64,000 bases of DNA from Lama glama (taxonomy: Eukaryota), in contig CM052817.1 in the NCBI GenBank assembly GCA_028534125.1, positions 94,986,001 through 95,050,000 of the forward strand, given 5' to 3'. Of this stretch, positions 48,290 through 60,475 are shown in pieces. The notes beneath the pieces are model-generated. The model did not search any database, was not told the origin of the DNA, and saw only the letters and a program-made list of their open reading frames with translations. The position numbers were made by a program, and so were the translations under genes. Within the stretch, counting starts at the first letter, position 1. Each line of letters begins with the position of its first letter.

Positions 48290-49180
48290 ACTTGGAGAGA
48301 CAATTAAATTTGTTTCCACCAAAGAGATGTGGAGTAAGGGGAGATGTAATCTCTCCTGATGTTGATAAGGCATTTTGACTGTTTCACAAAGTTAAAGACA
48401 TTTAGAAAAACAGGTTTGGGGCCAAGTGTCTAATAAAGAAGTGAATGACTTAGATATGGGGGTTGCATTCAAAGGGCAATTACTAGTGATACATTAACAA
48501 TTTGGAGAACATTTCCAAGCTGTGTTTCACAGGGATAATCCCTACATTTCTGATCTTTACTAATGTTCAGAATAAAGGAATTGAAAATATGCAGTTTATA
48601 TTCTGTCAAAAATAAATTTCAAATGACTGATGAAACAGGTAGGTATCTTATAAAATGTGGTGAAAAATGAAGACAAAATGTGTATACTTAGAAACCAAAA
48701 TAAACCATTCATAGGTGGAATAAAGTACAACTGACAGGTAAACCTTAAGTACAAAAGTGAACAACTGGGAGATGAGGATCAAGACTAGATTTGACCGTGA
48801 GTGAAACGGGTTAGCAACATAATGCCCTAAACCAGTGTTCTCCAACCAGGGATGATTTTACCACACAGGTGTATTTGACAGTTTGTCTGGAGACATTTTT
48901 GACTGTCATGATTGGGGAGGGTGCTACTGGCATCTAGTGGGTAGAAACCAGGGAGATTACTACACGCCCTACACACAACGAAAGCTCCCCACAACAATTA
49001 CCTGGTCCAAATTTTCCAATGGTGCTTACGTTGAGAAACAAATGAAAAAAATTATGTGATATAAGAATGTATTAAAATAAATGATAGTAAGCATTTAAAG
49101 TTTCCCCTCAACAATATTCTGTACCAATTCCATATTAGAATATTGTATCCTTCTTAGGGTATTGCCCTTTAAAAAAGTGT
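48290..49180 (+). mobile_element. L3/CR1 LINE reverse-transcriptase fossil, interrupted by MER20
   Basis: Plus-strand remnants in CR1 order: DVISPDVDKAF (48343-48375; cf. DVIYLDFSKAFD), WRTFPSCVSQG (48503-48535; cf. WREVTSGVPQG), FLIFTNVQNKGIENM (48547-48591; cf. FNIFINDLDEGIE), ILEYCILLRVLPFKK (49132-49176; cf. HLEYCVQFWAPHFKK). Confidence 0.75.
48832..49040. mobile_element. MER20 hAT-Charlie element
   Basis: cagtgttctccaacc...gtctggagacatttttgactgtcatg...gtgctactggcatctagtgggtaga ... gttgagaaac. Confidence 0.9.
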
Positions 49181-50539
49181 AAAGCTGTGATTGATTGGAA
49201 ATAGACTGTTTTATGATTGCCCATATCTTGTTCTTCTGTTTATGCAAGGGCCATTTTGCTGTTACTCTTATTTCCCACCTATTAGAATATCTGGAAATAA
49301 TTCATGCTTCTTTTGAAGATGAGTTCTGTGCCTTGGGTTTGCATCAAGAAAATTAAAGATACCTGGACAAAAAAAAAATGCCCATAAATACACTGTCTGA
49401 TAAACAAACTAAAAAAAGAAAGCTGAATAAAGTTTAAGTTGAATGTTCTGGAGAATTAAACCAGTTCTCAATTATGTGCTAAAAGAAAATCTCTAAAAGT
49501 TAAAATGCATAGAAAAATATCAAATATACTGAGAATAAAAATACCACAGAAGTTTAAATGAAGGAGCCAAAAATCTTACATTACCAACATCAAACTATCC
49601 CGAAGGCTTAACATGTTTTAATAATATGCATTTTATAGTTAGAAATGTGGTGAAAAAATGAAGAATGAGGGATTCCAAAGCAAAATAAACAAATTTTCAA
49701 ATCACTTTAGAGTAGACAACGGTTAGAAAAGGGATAAGGTGCTGGAAATGAAGTTAAAAGTGATCATTTTAAAAAGTGGGAAATGACAAGCAAGTTTTTG
49801 TGGTGAGAAGAGTTTATTTTCGTGAAGCCACATTGAACAAAATGACACAGTGGAACCGTTTTGTGTGGTCCTGTTCATATTTCCATTGGATAGGCTCTGT
49901 GCTGATTCTACCATATGCTTTGCAGCCAAATATGACAAAATGTGACTTTAAGCAGAAATATGTATAAAATATTGTTTATTATTTAAATTCCAAAACAAGT
50001 ATTACATTCAGAATAAGAACCACATACTAGTTAAGTATTATAAAACACACCCTAAGAATGTATGGCCATAGTTTCAGTCTAAACATTTTCTAAATGTTCT
50101 TTGAAGAGAAAGTTTAATTTGTAATATTATTTAATTCATTAACCTGTTCAAAGTCACAAATGCACCAAATTCTACTTTGATAATATATCATTCAATAACT
50201 AAGAGGGCATAATTTGTACTATTGTAATGTAATGCAAATTGGAAATAGAGAAAAATGTAAGAAGTCATCAGATAAGTCTGTTTATCTCATATCCAGTAGT
50301 TCCAACCTCTTTCCCAACAAACTCTTTTCCCAGAAATACCAACACAAAATCAAGGATTTCCCTTAGAGTTTCCTTACCTAGGCAGTGGGGAAAGTATCAA
50401 CTCTTGGACAATTAGGAATTAACCATAGCATTTTCTAAATCAATGCCTTTTTCAATACTGAAAAATTCTCTGCCATTATCTCTTCATATGTGAGACTTGC
50501 TAATTCTCTCTAACCCTTCTATCTCTTCTGAAACTCCTC

Positions 50540-52505
50540 ATCAAATTCATCAGACTCTTGAAATTATGTAGAAAATAAAATGTGGAGTTACAAACAAAAA
50601 TTATATTAATCCTAGCTTTTAGACCAATGTATTTTTAAAGTGTATTAGTCTCTTAAATTATGTGGAAAACAAAAAAGATGGAGTTATAGACTATTGTTAC
50701 AATAATACTAACTTTAATAACTGCCCATATGTTTGTCTTTACTAAGATATTTATTTCTTCATATAGCTTCAAGTTATTGTCTAGTGTCCTTCTGTTTCAA
50801 CCTGCAGGACTCCCTTTAGGATTTCTTGCAGGGCAGGTCTAGTGGTAAAGAACTCCCTCAGATTTTGTTTATCTGGGAATGTCTTAGTTTCTCCCTCACT
50901 TTTCAAGGACAGTTTTGCTGGATATAGGATTCTTGGGATTTTTGGTTGACAGATTCTTTCGTTTAACACTTAAATATATCTACTCATTGCCTTCTGGTCT
51001 CCAAATTTTCTGATAATAAATATGGTGATAATCTTATTCAGGATCTCTTGTGTGTGACGATTTGCTTTTCTCCTGTTGCTTGCAAGATTCTCTTTGTCTT
51101 TGACGTCTGACAATTTGATTATAATGTATATCAGTGTGGATCTCTTTGATTTCATGCTACTTGGATTTCATTGACCTTTCATGTTTATCTTCTTGTCTTT
51201 CAACAAATTTTGAAGATTTTCAGCCATTATTTCTTCAAATAATCTCTCATTCCCTTTCTTTCCCTCTTTTCCTTCTGGTGCTCCCACAATGTATAAGCTG
51301 GTTCACTTGATGATGTCCCACAGGTACCTTAGGCTCTGTTCACTTTTCTTTCATCTTTTTTTTTTCTGTTCCTCAGATTTGATAATTTCCATTGTCCTAT
51401 TTTGAAGTTTGCTGAATCTTTCTCTGCCTATTCAAATCTGCCTTTGAATCCCTTCAGTAAGTTTTGCATTTCAGTCATTGTAATTTTCAGCTCTAAAATT
51501 TCCCTTTAGCATCTTCAAAATTTTTCACTTCATTGGTATTTTCATTTTGTTCATACATTGTTTTCATGACTTTATCCGTGTCTTCCTTTAGCTCTTTAAG
51601 CATTTTTACAACAGCTGTTTTAAAATCTTTGTCTAGTATGTCTGCCTCCTGGTCTTTCCAAGGATAGTTTCTGTTTACTTCTTTTGAATGGGCAATACTT
51701 CCCTGTTGCTTTATATTCTTTGAGGTTTTCTTTTGTTGAAAAATGGATATTTGAAGCTAATAATGTTGTATCTCTCAAATAAGATTCTCCTCCTTCCTCA
51801 AGAGTTTGCTGATTTTCATTTTTTTGTTCTGTTTTGATTGTTATAGGCTATCTCCTTGCTGAAGATCAGCCTGAGGTATAAACTTAAAGTCCTTGTAGGT
51901 CTTTTATGAGCCTGTGCCTTTCCCTTGGGCATGTGTAATGACTTTCTAATTTTCTTTGGGTATGCAGCTGCTTTTGAATGTCCTAGTCTTCAATGTCTGG
52001 CTCCCAAATGGTGAAAAAGAGAAAAAGGAAGGTGGGTAAAATGAAAGGGGGTGCCAAATCACTACATCGCCTGGAAGTCACTTGAGTCAGAGTGGGGAGG
52101 CTTGCAACAATGGAGTGGGGTTGCAAATAATAGATGGCCACCTCTGTATCTGCAATTCCACAATAAGGAACAGTAATCAGAACACAGATCTTCAATATTT
52201 AGAGGACAGAGTCCTTAATGCCTAATCTGGCTACTGAAAGTTGCACACAAGCTTCTCCAAGATCAAGTGCACAGCTGCCCTGCCTTGTCTAGGGACTGGA
52301 AGATGGGGGAGCTGCTACAGTGCTGAGTTGAAACTGATTGAAATTAACTGAAATCTATTATCCAAGCCTTTCCCTGGAAGATGTAAACCTTCAATAGACT
52401 CCAGAGTTCCAAAGTAGTTACATCTGTCAGTGTAACTGTTGTCCAGGTGAGAGGACACATTTCCACTGCTTCCTACTCTGTCATCTTCCCAGAATCCTCC
52501 TTCCC
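50540..52505 (-). mobile_element. Old L1M 5' UTR plus ORF1 fragment
   Basis: Minus-strand ORFs read RILYPAKLSLKSEGETKTFPDKQNLREFFTTRPALQEILKGVL (ORF1p C-terminal domain) and YIIIKLSDVKDKE. 5' end ctgggaagatgacagagtaggaagc. Confidence 0.9.
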
Positions 52506-52892
52506 AGTTAAGTATTTTTAAGAAATACAGAGTCTGCAAATATCAAAATTGCTGTGAACTGAGGTGTTTTCTTTCTTTTAAAGTAAAAAAAAAAAGAAAA
52601 AGAAAGAAAAAAAAAGCTAACATAACCACCTGTTTTTACTTGGAAGAAATTCTAGAGTGCAAATGCATTTATATGGAATACTGCTTCATGACATCATCAA
52701 AAAACCATGGTCTGACTTCACATGATTCCTATACACATACAAACATTATTCCTAATGATGCCAAGATTTTGTGATTCAAAAAGTAGAGTGAAAGGGGAGC
52801 GAAATGAGATCTTTAAGAGAAATTTACATGCATATGCAAGACTCTGAAAGAGCTGAAGTTCATAGTGTATCTTGGAACATAAATGGAATGTA

Positions 52893-53165
52893 ATTTATTC
52901 ATTCACTCCTTCATTCATTCAACAAACGAATTTATTGTGTGCCACTATGTCCCAAGCACCGTCCTAGATATTAAATATACAACAGTGAACAAAAACACAA
53001 CGTCCTTAAGTTCTAACAGCCACAAAAATAGTCGACACAATAAATAAATTATACACTGTTTTCAAAGGCAGTGCACTGGAGAAAATATAAAGCAGGAAAA
53101 GGGAATGAGAAGTGTCAGGGTGGGAAAAAGTATTTCTATTTCTTCTGCAGTGTTTAGGGAAACCC
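52893..53165. mobile_element. L2 3' end
   Basis: ttcattcattcaacaaacgaatttattgtgtgccactatgtcccaagcaccgtcctagata. Confidence 0.8.
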
Positions 53166-54944
53166 TCACTGTAGTAAATAATCTCATATATCTGAATCAT
53201 AGTTAATTCAGTCAGTAGTCAAACCTTCCTTTCAATCAGTTAATATGCAATACCCAAATTAGCATAACTTTCTCCACCTGGAGATTCTTTTTGATCTTTT
53301 CTCCTTATTAAATTAAAATGTACCCAAAAGCTGTGCTTGTTGCTTAGTGGGTCAGGCAGTATGATTTACAAAAACCTGAATAAACACCCCTCCATCCCCA
53401 CGCCAGAGGTGTATGCAATTATTAGAGCGATTCTTTAAAGGACTTGTTAAAATGCCAAAATAGTGCCACAGAAAACACGTCAAATAAAGATTTAAGTTTT
53501 CTTTATGAAAAAAAAAGTGTTTAACGAGGGTTTATGGGGTTTTACAAAAACACCTTAACACCTTACAGACCTAAGGGGGAAAAAGCTCTATTTAAGTATC
53601 ATGCAGCAATAGCAGACCACCCAATGCTGATGACTAGAAGCCTCAAACAGACCCATCCTTGGGAGCCTATGTGGAGACCCTAATTTTATGGTCATTTTAA
53701 TTGTATTTGGGTTATTACCTCATACCCCAGCAAACACCTACAGTATTTAATAAAAATGAGCGCAGAACAGTGTTCTAGTTAAAGTATGTATTAACCAAAA
53801 TCATAAACTAAGTATGCTTCACCATAAATTAACTGGGTGTTTAGTGTTTCTGTGCCTTTAAGTTATATTTATTTTCCTTATAGCATGGTGTGCTTCACTA
53901 CGTACCAAATCAATGTTAACTGACTTAGCATTTAGGTACACTCCACTATCTCTAGCTCATACACCCACAAACACACCTGCCCTGCAGATTATAAAGCGAC
54001 AGTATAGTTAATCCACCCTCCAGATATTCAAAAGAATGACTATAAAAATCACTGGGGCTGAAAAGGAAATAAATCTTTTTTTTTCTTGAAAAAAAAACCT
54101 CATTTTATATTTTTCTAGAGACTAGTTGTAGTGCTAATACATCAAAGTTGATTTGATACTAAGTTGAGGTCTTTCTCTGTAGAACAAAAGGAAATATCTT
54201 GAAAAACTAAACTCCTTCATTTCACGTTTGTCCAGAGTCTAGAAAATGGATTCTTAATGTTTTGTTTCCATGCTCTGCAGGAAAAAATTAGCAGATGAAG
54301 ACAGCATACAGAATTTAGAATTGATGTTCTTTACCGCCACCACTGTCTGTGTAGATATTCCAGCACAACTCCCTTTTGTTACCGATTTGTAGCTTCTATT
54401 TCCTTACCTGGTCACTCCATAACTCATTAAATTCAGATCTGCACACTCTTTCACCTGGAACATCACACTGAAAGAATTCTTATTTACATCCCCGCGAATC
54501 TCCTAATTGCCAAAATTGCTGGTCTCTTTTCAGTTCCAATCGATTTGACTTCTCTGTAACTTACCTTATAGAGCACTTCTTTCTCCGTGAAACCCTCTCT
54601 GACTTGGGTTTCCACACCATCAGCATCCTGAATCCCATCCTACAGTCTCAGAGCCCCTTCCCAGTCTCCTATACTGGCTTCTTTTTCTCTGAGCATCTTT
54701 TAATTACCAATGATCTTATATCATCCTGAGCATTCTTCTCTTTTCACTCTGCAAATACTCCCTGAGTGATTCCATCAATCCTCATCTACTGACTACACGG
54801 TTACAACTCAGACTGAAAGTGTGATGTCCCACCCTCCAAGAAAAACCCAGTCCCCTCTCAGTGTTCCTGGTCTCAGTAAGGACAGATACAACCAACAGGT
54901 GCCAGAAACCTAGATGTCAGAATTCTCTTTCCTTTACCTGCCAT

Positions 54945-55066
54945 ACCAGATTTAGCAATGAAAAATACAGGATTCTCAACTAAATTTTATTCAGTAAACA
55001 ATGAATAATTTTTGTATTAATATTTCCCAAATATTGAAATTTAACTATGTTTTATTTGGCAATCCA
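54945..55066. mobile_element. MER53-like hAT MITE (internally deleted)
   Basis: ccagatttagcaatgaaaaatacagga ... ttttatttggcaatcc. Confidence 0.7.
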
Positions 55067-55491
55067 ACATCTAATCAAACATCAAACTCCTAAATATTTC
55101 TCAAATCTTTTCTGTCCCTTTATTTCCCATTGCCTTCATCCTAGACCTAGCCACCACTGTCTCTTAGATCTCTAAAATAACCTCCCAACCAGACACCCTG
55201 AGTGCTCCATGTTCCCCCCAAATCCACTCTCTACACAGCAGAGTATCTTTTAAAAGACATGAATGGTGTCATGGTGTCCTTCCCCTTCTTCCTCTCAACA
55301 AATTCCTTGTTATTAACATCTCAGGATTGGCCTCCACCTAGTCCTCTAGCCTACTTTTTAGTGATTCTACTGAGTTTATTGTGTTTTGGCTACGATTATC
55401 TTAGTCTCACTCTTCAAACTCTTTTAGAGATTTCCTGCCTTCACACAGACTATTTCCACTGCCTTAGACTTTATAGATCACTGACAACAGA

Positions 55492-56762
55492 ATTTTTAAA
55501 GTAATTTATTGAGCTGAAACTCACATAGAATAAAATTAACCATCCTAAAGTGAGCAATTCAGTGGGATCTAGTACATTTACAGTGTTGTACAACCCTACC
55601 TCTATATTGTTTTAAAACATTGCCATCACTCCAAAATAACACCCTTTACCCAGCAAGCAATTTATCCCTATTCCCCTCTCTCCTCATCTCCCGGCATCTG
55701 TCAAAATGCTCTCTGTCTCTGTGGATGTGCATATTCTAGACACTTCATATAAATAGAACCATACAATATGTGGCCTTTAGTGTCTGGCTTCTCTCATTTA
55801 GCATAATGTTTTAGCGGTTCATTCATGTTGTGTTCTTCATTCCCTTCTCGGGGCTGAATAATATTCCATTGTATGTATATTCCCCGATTTGTTCATCCAT
55901 TCATTTGTTGATGGACATTGGGCTATCTCCATCTTTTGGATATTGCAAATAATGCTGCTTTGAAGGTGCTTGTACATGTACTTGTTTAAATACTCGCTTT
56001 TAGTTTCTTTGGGGTATACATCTAGGCAGGGAATTGAGAGTCATACAGTAACTCTGTAGCTTAACTCAACTTTTGGAGAATCACTAAATGGTTTTCCACA
56101 GCAGTGGAACTATTTTACATTCCTATCAGTAATGTATGAGAGTTCCAAATGCTTCACATCCTCATCAATACTTGTTCTTATCTGACATTTTGATTATAGT
56201 CATCCTACTGGGTGTGAAGTGGTATCTCACATGGCTTTGATTTGCATTCCCCAGTGACTAATGATTTGGAGCATCTTTTTATATGCTTGTTGGCCATTTG
56301 TTTGTCTGCTTTGGAGTACTGTTTATTCAAGTCCTTTGCCTATTTTTTAAACTGGGTTGTTTGTCTTTTTGCTGCTGAGTTGGAAGAGTTCTTTATACAT
56401 TCTGGATACTAAACTTTTATCAGATAAGTACTTTGCAAATATTTCCTCCCATTCTGTAGGTTGTCTTTCCACTTTCTTGATAATGCCTTTTGATGCACAA
56501 AGGTTTTTTAACTTTAATTAAGTCTAATTTATCTATTTTTTCTTTTGTTGCTTGTGCTTTTGGTTTTATATGTAAGAATCAATTGTCAAATCCATAGTCA
56601 TGAAGATTGATCCCTACATTTTCTTCTAAGAGTTTTATGGCTTTAGCTTTTATGTTCAGGTCATTGAGCCATTTTGAGTTAATTTTTATATATGGTGTGA
56701 GATAAATGTCCAACTTGATTTTTTGCATGTAAATACCCAGTTGTCCCAGCACTATAAGAGAA
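55492..56762 (-). mobile_element. L1MA/L1MB-type 3' ORF2 plus UTR
   Basis: ORF 56579-56785 reads [35 protein letters not shown] (ORF2p). gtgtgaagtggtatctcacatggctttgatttgcatt. Confidence 0.92.
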
Positions 56763-58379
56763 TTTTTTCCTATCTTCTTCCTCATCTCTTCCCAACTCCC
56801 CTGTCCAGCCCCTGTATATCTTTCAGGGCTCAGCTTAAGTACTACCTTCCTTGGATACCTGCTCCCTCCCTCTCAGAGTAGATAAGGTCCCATGTTAAAT
56901 GCGCTGTGTACTTAATGTCTGTTCTCTCCACTACATTGTAAGTTCCAGGAGATAAGGCTTATGTTGGCTGATTCACTCCTGCATCCCCATTGCCCACTAT
57001 GGTCTGCCATATATATTTGTTGAATTCTTAAATGTTTGTTGAATCACTCACTTCCCATAATTTATCTCCAACTCAGGCCTCTTCTCAATCACTTATTTAA
57101 TGAATGTAAAATCTTTTTCTTGCCTCTAAGTCTCTGTCTGAAATGACCTATGCTCATTCTCTGTCTACCAACAATGTATCCTTCAAAACTTGTCCAATGT
57201 CACCTCTTCTATAAAGATGTACCTGACTTCTATAGCTACTTATTCCTACTCCTTTATAGCACCTTGTAGCTAGTTCCAAGGAGCACTTAAAATATTGCAT
57301 TACAGTTAATTGTTACAGGTCTGGTCCTACATTAGGCTATAAATGCTTCAGCGGCAAGGAACAACCACCTTTTTATTTCTTTACTGCCTCATACAGTGCC
57401 AGGTACATAGTAGGAACCCAATAAACATTTGTTAAACAAACCAATGAATGAATATGTGAACAGTGAAAAAAAAACCTATGAATCAAATTAATAATTATTT
57501 TTCTGTGTCCCCAAAAGTGCAAAGACCTGAAAGCTGCCTTAGAGAGATGTGGTCATTGCTCAGGTCTCCATCATAATCACCAGCCCATTTGCGGATCTGC
57601 CCTTCAAGTTTTCTGTTTGACTACATAGAAATTAAATTCCTGGGTCAATGAGCTTGTGAGACAAGTCAATTAACAGACTTTTTTGAAATTTGCTTTGAAA
57701 TTTTCTAGATGCTTAGTACTGTGCTGGGTGACATGGGACAAAGAAAAAAACATAAGGCATGATCTTCATCCTTACAATCTAGATCAGTAGAAAATATGAA
57801 CTAAAATGAAATAATTAATGACATTAATTATCCATTAATATACAACAATTAATGGATAATATAAGAATAGACTATAAGATAATAGACTAATTATCTAACA
57901 GTTTAAAGCTATAAATGTAATGGAATTCAGAAATAAACTTTTTTATCTAAAAAATGTTTATTGCATACATAGTATTGTAACAGGCTCTGCGCTAGATGCT
58001 GGGAGTCTAGACATGAAGAAGGCATCTCTTTCTTAGTCAAAAAGTATCTAAGTATCTGAATAAAATTATGAGTATCTGAATAAAATTATGACTCCTCTCT
58101 CTAGGAAAATGCACACAGTTTAAACATACAATCATACACTTTCACAACAATATTGTAAACAATATTGAGACCACGAGTCAAGAATGTCTAATCTGGAGGG
58201 TTTCCCTAAGGGAATATAAAATGATTGACACCTAAAAGAAATCAAGTTTCTCCCTTTTTTTAAAATTCTTTTCTATAGTACATACGTTTAAAAGTAAAAG
58301 ATTTATTATTACTGGAAATAACAACAAAAAAGGCTCAAGGATTGGTAAACAATTTCTACTGTATGTAGAAGGTACATTC

Positions 58380-59095
58380 TAGCCAAAGAGGGCAGATTCC
58401 AGCTGACAGGTGCCACCCAAATGTGGGCCCAGTATTGTCTGATTTTGCAACTTTTCAAGAAACCCCATAAATCCAGACTTTATGTAAAGCCTTCTGGTTT
58501 TTAAGTATTTATACTATGAAAGAGACTGTTCATTGCCTTCTCAACATCTATTCTCCCCTCCTCTCTTAGTAACAGATCCCAATTTTATTCTCACTACAAT
58601 GTCCTAATTAAAAGATGACATTTTCTAGGCTCATTTGTAGGTGGTGTGGCCAATGAGATGTCAGCAGAGTTGTTAGATGATTTCTAGAGGGGTGAGTCAG
58701 GAGGGACGTTTCTTTTGCCCTTCTCCCTTTCTACCTTCTTCCAGCCTGGAGTGTGGACACGATGGCTGGAGCTCTAACAGATATCAGATCATAACTTGAG
58801 GTCATAATATGACACTGGAGACGGAAGCTATGAGTAGGGATGGTAGCACATAAATATGGATGGCACATAGGTCCTTGATGACTGTGGCACTTCCATCCAT
58901 ACCACCCTGACTGCCTACTTTCAAACTGCTTTTAGATAATAGAAAAAAAATTTAAATAAAGCTTTGTTTCAAATATTGTTTGGGGGAGGGGTGTTTGTTT
59001 TATGCGGAAAAACCAATTCTAACTATTATTTCATATTTTTTAAAACACAAAGTAGACCAGAAAAAAAAATCTGTGGTCTATAACTAGCCTACCAA
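58380..59095 (-). mobile_element. MER102-like element split by an MLT1-type LTR (~58515-59025)
   Basis: tgtgggcccagtattgtctgatt...cttttcaagaa...aatccagactttatgtaaa. LTR-like motifs ggtgtggccaatgagatgtcagcagag and gatggctggagctc. Confidence 0.55.
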
Positions 59096-59124
59096 TCACC
59101 TATTTGAGACCCCTTGCCGGGAAC

Positions 59125-60462
59125 ACAGAAAGCATATTAAAAGTTAACGTTGCAGAAGAGCCATATATGTGCATGTATATGTATATATATATATACATAC
59201 CACACATACCTTTCCTAGCTCTGTCCACTGAGAGGCCTAGAAGCAATGACACTACAGTAGCAGTGAACACACCAGGTACCCAGAACTTGGTTTCCAAATG
59301 CCATTCTCCTGTGTCAATAGAAACAACCAGGGCTTTGGGGAGAAAATGGGTAAGGAGAAATACAAGATGAGCTGGAATTTTCCTACCAGAAAGTAAGAAA
59401 GTGCTAACAACAAAAACAACAACAATAATGATGATGGAGACAGGCTAAAAGGACACAGGAGCCAACTTGAAGTAGTACCCAATGGCCAAATCTGCGGACA
59501 ATCTAGTGGCTAAATATGTAGCGATTTGGAAAAGAAAAGACATAATGATAGTAACAGATTATAACCCACAGACTAAACATTCACGAGTCCATACCAATAT
59601 AAATAATTGAATGAAAAAATTAATGTGCAAGAGGAGACAGCTCTTTCTTACAGCAGAATTCCAATGAATAAATATAGAAGGAATGATGGAAATAAGAAAA
59701 TTACCATCTGGCAAATACCTACATTAATAATTGCAGGTTATTACATTACTATGGTAATTACATGCAGTAATTACATTACTATTGCAGGCTAGAATCATCA
59801 GTGGATTGAAAAATTAGTGAGCAAAAATATGATGAGAAACAATATGTTACATAATCTCAACACACCTCTGCACAAAATAATACTAATCATAAAGGGGAAA
59901 TGGTAACTTTAAGGGTAGAAATCTTACAGGCACCTTCTTAACCAACTGATCAAAAATAGCAGCATCAATGAGATCAATCAACATCATGTACTTCCTGATC
60001 AGAGAAGGGTATTACATCACTTTGGTGGTATTCTTGCCAGAAATGCGAATTCAACATATATGTTTCAACATAAGGAAATATCAAACTCAAACCAAAGATA
60101 GTCTACAAAAATAACTGGCCCAGACTCTTCAGAAACATCAGGGCCACAAACAAAACAAAACAAAAAACCAGAAGAACTGTCCCAGATTACAGGAAACTAA
60201 AGTGACATATAAATTAAATGTGGTGCAGAATCCTGGATTGGACCCTGGACCACAAATAGTCCTTTCATGGGACAAACTGAAAAATTTGAATGAAGTCTAC
60301 AGATGAGTTAATAATATTGTTTCAATGTTAATCTCCTAGTTTAATTCCTGTACTATGGTTATAACATGGTAATATTTGGAGAAGCTGAGTAAAGAGCATA
60401 TGAAGCTCTACTAGTTTTGTAACTTCTTTGAAAATCTGAAATTATTTCAAAATAAAAAGTTT
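59125..60462 (+). mobile_element. L1MC/L1MD-type 3' region
   Basis: ctttcctagctctgtccactgagaggcctagaagcaatgacac, aataactggcccagactcttc, ctgaaattatttcaaaataaaaagtt. Confidence 0.85.
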
Positions 60463-60475
60463 TAAAAGTTAATTG

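Larger units (their letters stand above)
54440..57435. mobile_element. L2 LINE fragments hosting MER53 and L1MB insertions
   Basis: ctcctaattgccaaaa...tttgacttctctgtaac, cagggctcagcttaag..., cagtgccaggtacatagtaggaacccaataaacatttgtt...aatgaatgaa. Confidence 0.75.
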
